From contig CM022671.1 in NCBI GenBank assembly GCA_012295275.1, positions 11,222,001 to 11,286,000 of the forward strand: 64,000 nucleotides of DNA. Direction: 5' to 3'. This document shows positions 13,901 through 29,640 of the stretch, one piece after another (position 1 is the first letter of the stretch; every line of letters starts with the position of its first letter). This DNA is from Chrysomallon squamiferum. Its lineage: Eukaryota; Animalia; Mollusca. Under the pieces are notes generated by a model. It saw nothing but the letters and a program-made list of their open reading frames with translations. It was not told where the DNA came from and searched no databases. Both the position numbers and the translations under genes were made by a program.

Positions 13901-16820
13901 AAGGCAGAAAAAAGAGGTTCGCAAAATCATTTAAAGCCGACCAAAAATATGACATTCGAATAGATAATTTGTAATATTGATCGTTTTGGGGGTTAGAAAT
14001 AAGTCCATGTTTTTCTCATTCGCAATCCACGTATTAATGTAAACTTTATGCATTTCAAAACTTTTTTTTTCCCTTCAGTAATCTTTATGTAAAATCTGGA
14101 CTTAATTACCTTTACCTTAGATTTTTATCCAAACATCTTTCAGCACAGAAAGAGAATCTAACCAACAACCAGTCTTTCAGCACTGGATAACTGTTAACAT
14201 GTATTTGCACAGAAAGTGTACCATCCTAAGTTGAAAACATCTAAATAACCTATCACCTGTCTACTTATCTTGCCCATTTCTGTATGCGCCCTTTTACAAT
14301 AACCAGCTCGAAACGTCCACACCTGCGTTATTATGCAAGAACAAAACTGAATCTATATTAATATATTTACTGCCATCAGATCCATACACTAGTTCGTCTA
14401 GTAAACGCTGTAGAAATGTGTGGATTAGACTGAAAGGAATGTAAAATGGATATTTTTGGAAGGTTATTTATTATCTGCATGGTCAGAGCTACCTGCGGTC
14501 CACTAGAACCTGTTATAGCTGTCCGCTTTGTAATCGGCTTCAAATCCACTGCTTCAATGCGTAATTATTCAGCGAAAGGCCAGCGGGTTGGTGGCGTTAC
14601 GCAATCACAAAAAACCAGTCTAACAATGGTGTGCAATGGCAGCGCAGTCCAGATGAATTGATTTCTTTGCACCATCGGAGCGAAACTAAAGCTAAGCGAC
14701 ACGCTGGACTTGATCCATGGGCAAAGAAGCGAAATGGAATTCTGCCCGCGGCCTTTCCACAGTTTCGTAGTAAAATTGCTTCTTTTTGTTTGCAAATAAA
14801 TGTTAAAAACGAGTTTGTTGACGTAATAAATGAAACAAGATAACGTATATTGCGTAATACATAATCTGAAGGTGCGTAAAAATACAGTTTGCTGCTTAAA
14901 GATAATTTAAAACAAATGAAACAGTAGTTTGAACAGTAATTTATATTATTAATTGATTCGTACCTTTGTTTTATCTTGTTCAGGACTGAAGAATTTTGTT
15001 AAAGCATTAAATTTATTCGAAACACCTAAATGTAAACTTATTCGAATCAAAATTGAAATGAAACTGGTAGAATTTGTCAGTCTGCCAACAGAAATCTATG
15101 ATTACAAACATTTATCACTTTATGGCTGTTGATGGATTTCTTAATCACTATTTCACATTAAATACTACCTATCTTACTGAACTTACCAATGAACAAATTT
15201 CTGTGATCCTTAGTGTTATATTAATTTTACAAAATTAAATGGCCCATTTTAAATTCATGTCCGTTATATTTGTTTATCACTGAAAAAACTGACATTTTCA
15301 GCAACAACGTTTTGTACAAATTAGTATTTCACAGATAAAATACGCTTGGGTATCGATATACATTATTTGATACGCTTGCGTACGTTTATGTATTAATGTA
15401 TTGATCTGTAGCGAAGGGGAACAATAACCATGAATATTATGATTCAAACTAAATCTTAATTTCCAGTGTAATCAAATCTAGCTCCACGTATCATCAGATT
15501 CCTACACAACCAAATCTCAGATAAAAGTGCGTTTTCTTGTACAGGTATATACATTATTTATTTCAATTCTCAAAGTTTTTATTTTTTGTTCTCAATACGT
15601 AAACAGATAGTGATTCGTTGTTAAACTGGTGTCCATTTTGCTGTCCTGTAAAAGGAGAACCCATTAGAAAATTTTAATTTTATTTACTATCGGCAATGGT
15701 TCTAAAAAAACAATCATTTAAAAAAATAATTAAAAAAAACAAGTCCATTTCCCTACCCATCAGATTATGAAATAGCTAAAAATGCGATTTTCCTTTTTTA
15801 AAGAATAATTAAATTTAAAGAAAACTTTCAAAATGTTTTAAAATTATAAACACTACTTCCTGGTTTGCTTTTCAGTGTTCTAAATTTTCGAATATTTGTT
15901 TTCATAGCCTGAGTCCACAATAATACATAGTAAAGCTACACGCGCAGTCTCTTTGAACCAATGTGATATGAAGAAGAAAAAAGTTTTAAAATATATTATG
16001 TACTCACCGATATTAAAACATGAATTAAGGCATCCCCTCGTTTTAACAAATCTTAAACGTTTCTACCTATTAATTTGGTCTGATGATGTGTTATGTACCA
16101 GATGAACAATCATGACATCAGTGAAAAGCACGTGCACCTACGTGCTAATACAGCGACACGTGGGATCATGTGTCAATCATATTGAATACATACATAAAAT
16201 GTACCCAGTGTTTTAACAGGGCAGATCTAGTGTCTCTAAAAGAGTGAGATTTTTTTCAGAAAACCGAGGAACAGACTAAATATGGGTAAGAATTTAGTTT
16301 ACAGTATCTGCCACCGAGAGCTTTTTTGGACATGTACTCTACGTTTTAAAATTAAATAAAATAAAATGATACTGTAGGATTAACTACATAGATAAATAAA
16401 ACTCGTTACCTGTAGACGTAACAGCTACATGATGCTGTTATTGTATAAAGAACACAAATAGCACGAATATATATACTGAGTGAATAACTTAAAAATGATT
16501 TTTTTTTTTTTTTTTTTTCAATTCGTTAAATCCTTTCTTTATTTATTTCCCAGTTACTTAATACTGGACACATTGAAACATACTAACGCACACACGCACA
16601 CACGACATATACACAGTTTTAAAATATTGTTTTTTAGCATAGTTATGCACATATTTTATTACATATATACATACACACACACACACACACACCTGGATAT
16701 GCACACATAAACCTGTATACACACACACACACGCACACGCACACACGTACATACTCATATATACACACACTTACACGTACATGCACAAAGAAACAAAGCA
16801 AAGGCGTGTGGAAAACGTAC

Positions 16821-18035
16821 CTGGACTTGTGGTCAGTCTGTGAAGTGTTGTAGTTGTGTGTACTAATTACACATCAGTAGAAGTCTGTCGTGTGTTGGTG
16901 ACATCAGCTCAGCACGAAAGACATGTAGCGTCAAATGCACTTGGACGAGCACACGGGGAGAACCTCCTGTCTTCTGTCATCTCGTTTTCAGAGTAATGAG
17001 AAATTGTTTACAAAATTGTCTTCATAAACACTGTCCTTTCAAAGTCCGATTTCGTCGTTTTGCTAATCTTTATACGTAAGTTTTGATGAAAATATTTTGG
17101 TCGTCAAATTTCTTCTTTTCTGTTAAGAAGAGACAGCGTGAAATGTTTTTCTCTACATTAATTTTGTATGTACGTGCTAAACTCCATCATTAGTCTTTTT
17201 TCTCTGAACAACTGTCTTGGAAGAAATAACAATAAAATGTTACATTTTCTAAAATCTATACTCGAACCTGGATTTTCACCCCTCATTTCTGTTACACTGT
17301 TATCTGCCATAAAAGTTTCAACTGTTAATAATGTCTATAATTTTTTTTTTTGGAACGCATTCATCTTATTTTCATTTCTGTGTTCAGATAAGGTTTTCTG
17401 CAACTGTTGCATTCATCGTCTTCAAAAGTTCGTTATAACTGCAAAATTTCACACATCCTTATGCAAAAAATATGCTCCTATCAACGATCGCTCCTATTTC
17501 TTCATTTTTATCTTAAAGAAGATGATTTCTACAGTCACAGTAAACCAGGACGAGCACTCCAAGCACCTTTCATTTACAAAGGCTTCTGAATTCTGTCATC
17601 CAGGGATTTGCTTTTGTTACGAGTACTATTCAGCGTGACTTGTAACTGGTTCTGTGACTTGGACACAGATATTCGATTTATACGCGATCTTCTTACATAA
17701 TTCGTCATTGTGCTGATGCTAATGGAATGACGTTGGTCAAGGCAGCCACACAGAGGCATGTTTTTATCACTATTCAGTCATTAACGACTTTCATACAGAA
17801 ATGGAAAAAAAAAAAATTTGGGGGAAAGACTAAATGATTTGGACCAATGGAATTCATCGCCGCGGGACACAAACTGTCACAAGCTTTGCGAAGGTGGCGG
17901 GTTACCCGCCCTAACCGGACCGGTCAGTTCAGTCGAGGCTGCCTCGGAGAACGAGTTTGTGCCGACCACGTCCCGCGCTGCACATCACACTGGCGCAAAC
18001 AACAGACCGGGAGGGGGGAGACGCTGTGAACTGAC
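16821..18035 (-). other. Candidate long non-coding first exon and CpG-rich promoter of a gene running left out of the window
   Basis: Donor CCAG|gtacgt at 16820 on the - strand; CpG-rich island 17850-18080 with an Inr-like TCAGTT near 18030; only short ORFs. Confidence 0.3.
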
Positions 18036-18285
18036 CTCTGGGCGGTCTACCCGGTTTACAAACGTGCAGATCATTCTCTAGCTGGATGATGACTTTGTTA
18101 ATGGTCGTTTGAAAAATAAAGGTTACCAGGGCAACTGATTATGATTTGTTTACAGAAGCATGAGAAATAGTTTTACCTTTATTTGGAAACATAATTTAGG
18201 ACTGGTTGGTATCCTGAAAAATACTTTTTTTAAATTATCAAGGATTTGAGAATTTTGAAATATTTCCTTTTCTCCATTGTTTGCC

Positions 18286-18377
<92 letters not shown>

Positions 18378-20727
18378 TTTTTCTAACTTTGACGTCCTGT
18401 ATATTTTAATATATCTCTATTTTGTGATCATACCACCAATTGTTTATTTTTATTTATACTCATGAGATTAATAGCAGCTGTTCTGACGACAGCAGTACTG
18501 AAACAAAACATACTCTTTGTAATCGACGGCGTTCACACTCTTGCTGAAATATGGGATGCCACATGGCAATATCATGAATACTTTTAACTGGAACTTAACC
18601 TCAATTAGTTTCAATTCATAATGACATGTCCCAGATGTGTTTACGCAGTTCGGCCAGTGATACACTAACGAGTCATTTTTCACAAATTACGTTTGTCTGT
18701 ATGTCATCTGCTTAATGTGTGATAAATGTATATTGAAAAAAATAATAATAACTGAGGACAGATTAATGAAAAATAGGATATAAATTATTATCATTTCTTT
18801 TTTTTGCACACAATAAACTGGGATATTTTTTATAAATGTGATTGAGATTTGTAAATGTTAAAAAGAAATTTTCAAAAGAAGAGTATGTAAATGAAATTTA
18901 ATCTTGATATAATTCATGCCGCAGTAATATCTCAAATGAGCTGTTTATTCACTTGTGAAGTTAAATAAAGATTACTGTATTGTGTCTTTAACAATGATTG
19001 TTCAGGCAGTCGTCCGCTCTTCATTCATAAACAAATAATCCGACTTAAAAACTGCTCAAATTGTCTGAACCTTTAAACAAATTTTCTTTGAAGTGAATCC
19101 AGAGAACTGAGGCATAAATTAAAGAAATAATAACATAGAGACACAAATTTCTCAAACTATTGTATACAATTAATCTTAATTTTTTAGCAGGTCGCTGCCT
19201 GTTTACCAACAGGTAGGATTACATTTGACACGCCTCAGTGTACCCGCAGACTGTTACAACAAACCATTTCACATGTAAGAAAGTTATTGTCTTATTTTTT
19301 TTTAATATTTATTTATTGCAGGGGCGGGCAACTGTTCTAAGGCGACATTAGAAAAACAAACCCGCCATTAAAGGCTCTATTATAATTCTTTGTCGCAGTT
19401 TCTAGACCCGAAGTGTTTCTGCGAGAGCGTTCTTTTGTGTGGGTGCAATTAGCAATACTTTCAGTCCTATCCCGCCAATTAGTTTATTGTGCGTGTGGGT
19501 AAAGTGTGTAGCGGGTACGGATTAGTCCGGATTACCGCACGATTATTTCTCGGTTACAAACATTTAATTAAAATACATGCCCTGTCATTTTGCAACCAGC
19601 TCATTCTGTTTTAGTCTCAACCTCGTAATGCTGGGATCCGGATTACTCGAGAATGTACAGAATTTCCACTCGTTAATACGTAACAGAAACATGTTGTTAT
19701 TATTATACATGTATTACAAAAATACAGAATTACTGTTGTAAATACGTATTACAATAAATATTAAATTTGTTATAAATATGTAATAATAAATGTTCAGAAT
19801 ATGATAAAAATATATAATAAAAAAACCTTCAATATGTGTTTAATTCTATTACAAATATACAGAATGTTTGCTATTAATACGTAACATAAAACACGTGATT
19901 TCGAATGTAATAGTAGTAGTAGTAGTGGTGGTGGTATGGTGTGGTGATGATACTAATGATGGTAATAACAGAAGTAGTAGTAGTAGCAGCAGCAGCAACA
20001 AAAACAGTTGTAGTAGTAGCAGCAGCAGCAGCAAAGGTAGTTGTGGTTCTATTTATATTATTTATTGTAATAACTCTTCAAGTAATAATTGTGCATATGC
20101 ATCATAATTATAAATCTCAGCAATTTAAATTTACTTACACTGTATTTGATACAAGATATTTTTTAAACTGCATTATGGGAAACTCTACTAGTCCCATTAA
20201 TAAGTAATATACGAAATAAAATTACTGCATTTTAATACAGAACCAAAAAAAAAAAAGCTATATTTTAATACAGAATAAAATTATTACAATAAAGAACAAA
20301 AAAATAATACATTTAAAAAAAAAAACAATAAAAAAAACCAATAATATCGAATAAAAAAATACTATATTTTAATAGATTTTTAGTAAATAATTGTTTTAAT
20401 TTCTCGTTTTTAAACAACCGTGCTGGCAACAGGTTCTTTAATACTGGTAACAGTAGTTGAAGTAGCTGGTGTAGTTGATGTAGTAACAGCAGATCAGTGA
20501 TGTCGTGGGTGATAACGACGTTTTACCTGACGTTCGCTGCCTTTTCAATCAGACGTTGTTTGCATGTAAGTTCGTATAACCTTACATAATCCAGGTAGCA
20601 ATTTAACACCAGGTAACTTAATTATGGAAATATCTGTGTAACTCTTTGTGTATGACGTCACTGAGTCTGATTAAACAGTATCGATATTCTTGTAATTACG
20701 AGATGTTTAGAATTATCATGGAAATTG

Positions 20728-20777
<50 letters not shown>

Positions 20778-22397
20778 ATAATAATATGATGATGATGATG
20801 ATGATGATTAAGATGATGACCTGATCCAAAGAGCTCAATAGCTATTAAAATAATATTTTTTATTTTTTATTTTTTTTCGTCATTTATCATCAGTTTAAAA
20901 ACTGTACATGTCAGATATCTCATAATGTTTAATATTAAAGTATGTGTATACTGAACAAAACTACTCGTTTATTCAACACATTATTATAACGTAGCAGTAG
21001 TAGTAGTAGTAGTAGTAGTAGTTGTTGTTGTTGTTGTTGTTGTTGTAGTTGTTGTTGTAGCTGTAGAAGCAGCACATGTTCTATTTATTTATATTATGTT
21101 GTAATAATAGTTGTTGTTGTCGCCATCGAATAATGATTACAGTACATGGTAATAGAAACATATTAATAGTTTTAACTGTAGTTCAGTGGTAGTTGTACCA
21201 GTAGTCGCAGTACTGGTAGTAGTGATTTAAAGTAGTAGTAAAAGCACAGCTATAGTTCCATTTATATTCTAACACTTGTTGTAGTAATAGTTAACATCAT
21301 TGTCGTTGTGTTATTATAAATGTCAGCTGCAGCAACGGCAGCAGTTGTTCTGGCGGTGACTGCCTGGTGCTGGTGGAACTAATGTGGTGGTGGTTGTGGT
21401 GGTGGTTGTGGTAATAGTACTGATGCTAAAGTGATAGTTAAAGTAAGAATGTGTACATAATAGATAGGAGAGTATTGATTTTCTCACGTTGTCGCAGCAC
21501 AGCAGACTAATTTATAGATTGTTGTTATCAACAGTTATGACTCTGCAAATATTTGTGTAACGACTCAGAGTCGTGTGACTGTGAACAGTGTTAAATATAA
21601 ACCTGCTCGTCATTGTTTACTTCTTTAACTCTTTTATCTTCTCTTTTATTTAGTCATCTGCTATCACTTAATCGTTTCTGTTGCTACTGTTTCTGTTATA
21701 ACTACTTCTCTACAGCTACTTATAACATCTCTACAACTACAACTACTACTACTACTACTACTACTTCTACTACTACTACTACTACTACTACTACTATTAC
21801 AATCTTACCACTAATACAACTACTGATTGTACTGTAGGTGTCACCATCACAACAAATAACAAAAAGTAGTTCTACTACAGTAACGACTCTTCATAATACT
21901 GTAGCTGATAATCTCTTTACCCACAACAACTATTTCTAGTATTTCTACTACGATTAGTACTTACCTTCTACAATTACATCTCTATTACTACAGCTACTAC
22001 TACCACTAGCACTTCTACTACAACTACTGATACTATAGTGTTAACCTTTATACAACAACTCTTCTACTAATACTACTGCTGTTTCTGTTTCTACCATAAT
22101 TATTAGCATAATTATTTTCACCACTGCTAAGACTTATGTTACTACTACAATACCTATTACTGCGTACTGTGTCATCAAGACTGCAGTCACCAGAGAACAG
22201 CCGTCAGTGTCCAAGCTGTTCTGTGTTAATGTTTAATTTAACAGACGACGTCGTGGTCACAGCTGTTCCGTGAATACCAGGTGATCTAAGATTTCCTCTA
22301 TTTAGCTAAATTCAGTTTCAAAGTTGTCGCCACATTTTACAGGATTCGTAAAAGAAAAGACGTAAAAGGTAAATTATTTATTTATTTACTAAATACA

Positions 22398-22592
<195 letters not shown>

Positions 22593-23334
22593 TTATATTT
22601 TAATAAGTACAAACACATTTTATTACAGTAATTCCCGCTGCAAACTAATGCTTTTGAAATGACGAACCAATAACATAGATACTACTACTACTACTACTAC
22701 TGCAGTCACCACACTGCTACTACTACAACTACTACTACACCCTCCACTATCACCAACTCCAGTACCACTATACTATACTACTACTACTACTACTACTACT
22801 ATTGTACTACAGCGACTACATAAAATGTCACCACTATCACTGCTTCTGTGTCTGCAGCTGTTACGTCTAATACAACATCCATCTTGTGTCGTCTTGGTTA
22901 TCTAGCGCAACTCTTGTCACGTGATCAGTGACCTCGCAATTTAAGTTTTTTTTTTTTTTTTTTTTTTTTTTTGATAGCGGATAATTTATTACTACTGTTG
23001 TCAGTTGTCTTCTGAAATCTGTTCAAAAGATACTGGCATTTTTATCTGTTAGTTCAAATTTTACCTCTTGTTGTCTCCTTTTAAATAATATTCATATTGT
23101 TTACTGGGGGAAAAGAAATTTAATTCTATTTTTACTGTTGTTGTTCTTTTTTGTTATATTATCCGTGTTATAATGAAAGGTTGTATGTGGTAAACAACTA
23201 TAGTTCATATTTAATGTAAAGGATGTTGTGTTCATAGTATTCTATACTGTTACATAAAATAATCAAAATCATTGTCGTGAATGCAAATGTAGTTAATAGA
23301 CTGGGTCCTAACGCTTTTGCTTGTTTTCCGTTTC

Positions 23335-23373
<39 letters not shown>

Positions 23374-23769
23374 CCGAATATTTATTTAATTGCACCTCGA
23401 TATTATTTAACTATTATTGGTTATTACAGGAACGTACACTAATTTTGAGTTATATTTAATGTATGTTAATACAACACAGTGTTAATATTCGCTGTAAATA
23501 GCTATTTAATCGTATGCTTCATATTTATTTAGTCATTAACAATATAAATCAGATTCAAACATGTATTCTAAATTCTCTCGCATATGTAATCAAGTTCACA
23601 TATACACACACACAAACGAGAAATAACAAAACCAGCTCAGGTTTAATCCACATTTTCAATAATGTAAACATTTCGTGTAAAAAAACAACTTACGTGGTGC
23701 AATCTTCAACCGCTAAAAATGACTGATAAGAGGTCAGTAAAAATGTAATAAAAGATTACAAGCAAATTT

Positions 23770-23930
23770 ATACACACACTATATGTATAAACATTTATAC
23801 ACACTAAATGTATACACATACATACACACTATATGTATACACATTCATACACACTATATATACACATACATACACACTATATATACACATACATACACAC
23901 ACTGTATGTATACACATTCATACACACTCT
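23770..23930. repeat. Degenerate 23-25-bp tandem repeat (ACACACTATATGTATACACATWCAT)
   Basis: Directly visible, about 6 copies. Confidence 0.8.
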
Positions 23931-24869
23931 AGTCACTGTTACAAGATTGTGATGTTTCTAGGTCAATAGTGAGGGGCTGGGGGAGATGAACAATGTCAGG
24001 TCACTTACGAAGAAGGTACAAGTTAAAGAAATCAGAGTGAGAAACAGCTATGACAAAGGAAAACATGTAAAACATGTTGACCCTGACATAAAACACTGTC
24101 ATCTAAAACAAAACCACGGTATATCAGTGCTGCTACTTTTTCTTGTTTTGTACAACTGTTACTGCTATTTATACCACTAATACTTTAAATACAGCTGCTC
24201 ATACTACTACTTCCACCACCACCATTGCTACTCCTATAACTACGACTACAAAACTACTACAACAGCAACTACTACAAGGTCTACCATTACTATTAGCACA
24301 ACTACAACTACAATAACTATTACTATTACAATTATTACTATTACTGATATTTCAGTGACTCATATTTAACATTGCATATCAGTTAGTTTTAAAAGATTGT
24401 TTTACTTCAGTATAACTAAATAAGTCCACATTATGAAGGTAATACAATAAACAGACTGGTTTAATACATTAAATAAAAGTAATAATAATACTAATAACAA
24501 TAATAATAGTAATAATAGTAATAATAGTAGTAATAATATTAATATTTATAATAATAATAGTAACAGTAATAATAATAATAATAATAATAAATATAATAAT
24601 AATAATAATATTAGTGAGAAAGTAATCGCAACAACGATCACGATGTTGATGCTGATGACGAGGTAGAAATGTCTATAATTCGATAGAGTATCATCAGTGT
24701 TACGGGCTAATCGATGGTGATGATGATGATTCTGAAATAGAAATAAATACGGTAACGTAGTAACGTTACTGATCTAAAATCTGCTCTACTGAATAAACGA
24801 CAAAGAAATAATTATGTAACTTAGGTCTAAAACTTATTGCAGTCGTTATCTTCTTACTAAAGTTAGTTC

Positions 24870-25215
24870 CTGTGGTGTAACTAGAGTAGGGGGGTACAAG
24901 GAGCGAGAGTTACCCCCCAGTCACATTTTTCAAAAGTAGTGCTTCTGCAACAGTTTTTAAACTAGTTCACGTGTGGTACAAAAATCAAATATTTGTTATT
25001 TATTTTATTTTGCATTGTTTTGTTTTTATGTATTTATTTATTTTATTTTATTTTATTTTATTTTATTTTATTTTATTTATTTATTTATTTATTTTTATTT
25101 TATTTTTATTTTTATTTATTTATTTATTTATTTATTTATTTTATTTTATTTTATTTTATTTTATTTTATTTATTTATTTATTTATTTTTTGATTTATTGA
25201 TTTATTGATTTATTT

Positions 25216-25270
<55 letters not shown>

Positions 25271-25695
25271 TTTTATTTTATTTTATTTTATTTTATAAAT
25301 TTATTTATTTATTTATATATTTATTTATTTTATTTTTTATTTTTTGTTACATATGTCGAAGAAAGAGTTTTCCTGACAAAGCTCTGTTTTGAACTGTCTG
25401 TTCAGTGTTCCGTGACACGTTGTGGTAAGTTGACACTGTCTGTGTCATCTTTGCTCTCACTGAAACACACTCTGTAATAGATATTGCTGGAATGAAGCCT
25501 GGGCTGTTTTTATTGTTTTGACATTCATGAGATTATTTTAAAACTTCTTTTTTGTTATTACAATCAACACCATCATCATCAATACAAAATGTTTAATAAA
25601 TTTTAAAACATTTAATATGTGTCATCTAATCTTTAATTACTTTTTTTTTTTTAAAGTTCTCTCTCCCCCTAACATCAGAACTGGCTACGCCCTTC
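24870..25695. mobile_element. Possible degenerate MITE with expanded internal (TTTA)n/(TTTTA)n tract
   Basis: Left CTGTGGTGTAACTAG...GGGGGG and right CCCCC...CTGGCTACGCCCTT form weak inverted termini like CAGGGGCGTAGCYAG-type MITEs. Confidence 0.3.
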
Positions 25696-25865
25696 ATTAG
25701 TACTAAAGATCTTTGTGGTTTTGTACAAATGTTAACTGTTCTCAGTGTTTTGTTAGATTATTTGAAATGAAGAGATTGTAAATGTTTGTTTACATCTTAT
25801 TAAACATCCGCGAAATGTACATTTCTAGCATTTTTAAATAATCTCTGTTGTCAAACATAAATGTT

Positions 25866-25952
<87 letters not shown>

Positions 25953-26476
25953 AAAATAAAAATGCCTATCTTGATGAAATTGTTTTCAAATCCAACAATA
26001 ATTTTCATTAATAATGTTTATTAATGTATCCGCACACACTGCTATTTGATGTTAAATTTTAGGCAGCATGTTTTCAGGGTGATTATGTTCTTGATTCGTG
26101 CATTAACTTCAGCGGCTTCATCCTTGATCTAATCTGACTAAATTAAATTACTAATTACCTTACAGGTGTGAACTAATTACTGTGTGATAATCACCCGTAC
26201 TAATTAACTCAGATCCCAGCAGAACAAAGACGAGAATACTTCTTTAATTGACACGTGTCAAATTTAAAAATGCAAAATACTAACACAAAACGCATTGTCA
26301 TCTAACACAAGAAGTATTAATGAAGGTAAAGCGGTTTAAATTATACGATAACAAGAATTAATTATTGAAATTAAAAAAAGAAATAAAAGTATAGATAAAA
26401 AATATAGCTACTGTCATTTATTAATAATTTAATATTTTTAATAAATCTGAAAGGTTAATATTAAACTTAAATTTTT

Positions 26477-26536
<60 letters not shown>

Positions 26537-27051
26537 GTAGTAGTAGTAGCAGTAGTAAATAAATAAATAAATTAAACTAAAATATTTTTAACGCTAATAA
26601 TAGTTTTAGACAGCTTCAATCTATTTTTTTAATTCTTTTTCTTTCTTCTTCATCTTCTTCTTATTTTTTCTATATAATTATTTTTCGTAATGTTTTTTTT
26701 TTAATTCTTTTGTACGTCGACCATTCCGTATATAAACATTTGTTTCTAATGCATACGGCTTATAATTTATTCGGCCTTATTATTCCTTAGATTTTTCCCA
26801 CAACACCTAGCCTTGACAGTTAACGACAATGAAAATAACGAAAACACAGGAGTAACAAAAAACAAACAAAAAAAAACCGCTGAAAAATAAATTTCTCTGA
26901 CCACCGCATGAATAGTGCAGTCAGTTTGTGTATTCGTTGCTATGGTTTCCATCGACTGTCCGTTATTCGATGTTCACGGGTCAGCTGTAGCGAACTTAAC
27001 CAAATGCATTGTAAACAACAGCCACAGTCATGGCACTATTACTAAGCATGT

Positions 27052-27185
27052 TATAAATAGTACAGTTTTAAAAACGCCAGGTAGCGCTTTCAAATCACAG
27101 GCTCACGATACAGTGATTACAGGCGACATTTACGGAGTCAGCCGCACAGAGTAACTCGGAGGAAACCGGCGAAAACGAGTGAAAG
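27052..27185 (+). promoter_or_regulatory. TATA box and candidate non-coding first exon of gene A
   Basis: TATAAATA at 27052, GC-richer 100 nt, consensus donor AAG|GTAAGT at 27186 (second donor CAG|GTATGT at 27235); gene A's first coding exon begins with an acceptor, so an upstream exon is required. Confidence 0.5.
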
Positions 27186-27253
27186 GTAAGTGACAGTGTT
27201 TACGTTCTGCGTCCATATTGTCTGCGTTCAGCAGGTATGTCAACATTTCTCCT

Positions 27254-27291
<38 letters not shown>

Positions 27292-28038
27292 CTTTTTTTT
27301 TTTCCTTTAAAAAAAAATCTGTTCTGTCATAAATATGCGCTGTTTCTCTAAATCTTCCTAATTACATAGGTTTTTAATCTACGTAAATTTTGTTTTTGTT
27401 CACCGGCGAAGAAAATGTGAACTTAACGCGTCTTCAGGTCGATAATTATCTTGACCTTTTAAAACTGACTTAAATCGTACATCAGAAATGTAATAGAAAA
27501 AAAAATAATAAAACCACAATCGAACAATTACACACACACACACACACACACACACATAATTAAATATTTATAGTATTTAAGAAGCCACGTTAAAGTAGAC
27601 GTCCATACGCATGTACTGTGTGTTTGTGCGTGTGTTTGTCCATGTCAGTGTCCTTTGATGCTATAATAAATAATTTAAAACGTCTGTATAAGTGAAGATA
27701 ACAAGAAGGAGAAGTACGTTTTGTAATATCTGTTTTACTGATTACCTGTTACATGCAGTCAAACCTTGACATGATTTAATCAGTGTGCAATTTAGTTATC
27801 AAATATCAATATTTTACACGCTGTTTTATCTTTTTCCAAGAAACCCTTGTCACAGCCTCTAGCGAAAATCACTTTTATTACATTAATTCACACGTGTAAA
27901 GTACGTGTATTGTGTGTGCTGTGTTAACAAGCCGAGCTACACCAAAATGTACAAACACCTGTATTTGTTATTAGTTGTAGTGTGCATATAAAAATTGTTT
28001 TTACTGTTGCCTTTGGGTGCGGAAGAAAGAAGAGAAAA

Positions 28039-28116
<78 letters not shown>

Positions 28117-28626
28117 CTGTGTTTTTCATTGTCTATAAAAGGTGTATAGTCGGCTTTTGTATCGACACAGAGAGAAGGGCAAGGTCACGAATGTACCTAA
28201 GTCAGAGGTAGAAACCATATTGATTCAAACAGTTGTACAATTAATACAAAAAACATGTTCGTAAATAAACAGAAAATAGAAAAATATATAAAAACAAAAT
28301 CTTTAGGTGAAGTATAACGGTAGCAAAGAGGCTCTAGAAAAGAAAATTTAACTGAATATTAAATATAACAATTTCGTTCAAGAATAATGCTTTTTAATAT
28401 CCGATATTTAAACATATATTTATATATACAGATCAACGAATTTATTCCATTAGCTTAATAAATTATCAAAATATTTTTCATATTTATACACTATGTATAT
28501 TTAGTGCTATCTCCAGTTCATTCACAACTGAAATAAAATTTCTAATTAAGTACCAAAACAGCATTGTAGACTGCTCTCCAACGAAATATATTTTTAAAAT
28601 TAATTTATGTTTATTATTCAGTACTG

Positions 28627-28672
<46 letters not shown>

Positions 28673-28799
28673 CTGAGTTTTGAAGGTTATTTAGAATGTT
28701 GTAGAGACATACCAACGTAGATGATCGATCAGCTGGAAAATCTACAGCTAACCTTCAACCATTCATCTTAATTACTTCATAGATCTGGATTAAATTTAA

Positions 28800-29640
28800 T
28801 ATTATCAAATAATTCATACATCAACATTTTGAAATTCTAGTCATTTTCACCTTAACTGAATTATTTAAAATATGTATTAACTTTCGTGCATTTTTTTTAT
28901 ATCTTTGTATGCGTTTGCATATTATTATAATAATATATATATTTTTTCCATAATTAGAACATATAATATTCGCTTGTGAATGCAAAAACTTCTTAACTGT
29001 TATAACTTCTTATTAATTAAATAATTTCTTGTTTTTAATTAATTAATTAATTTATTTATTTATTTATTTTTATTTTTATATTATTATTATTATTATTATT
29101 ATTTTATAGTATTTTTTATTATTATTATTTTTTGCTTCTTTCTTTGTTTGTTATTATTATTATTATTTTTTTAATTTAATTATTTGTTAGATTAAATTAA
29201 AAATTATCAAAGGTATATTATATTCAACATCAGCATTTCAAAATTCTGGACATTTTCACCTTAACTGAATTATTTAAAATATATATTAACTTTAAAACCC
29301 TTTTGTGCATTTTTTATATCTTTAAATGTGTTTGCATATTATTATAATAATAATATTTTTTCCATAACTAGAACATGTAATATTCTTTTGTGAATGCAAA
29401 AACTTCATAACTGTTATAACTTCTTATTAATTAAATAATTTCAAATTTTTATTTATTTATTTATTTTTATTTTATTTATTTCATTTTTTTTTATTTATTT
29501 ATTTATTTATTTATTTTATTTTATTTATTTCATTTTTTATTTATTTATTTTTTATTATTATTATTATTTTATTATTATTTTTTGTGGTTATTGTGTTTGT
29601 TTATTATTATTATTATTATTTTAATTTAATTATCTGTTGC
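28800..29640. repeat. Tandem duplication of about 400 bp (28800-29190 and 29202-29640), partial third copy at about 30931-31072
   Basis: Shared blocks CATTTTCACCTTAACTGAATTATTTAAAATAT and GTGAATGCAAAAACTTC.TAACTGTTATAACTTCTTATTAATTAAATAATTTC. Confidence 0.9.

Noticed and set aside
17168-17638. 156-aa + strand ORF
   Set aside because: AT-rich, Phe/Leu/Ile-biased, no recognisable domain or splice context
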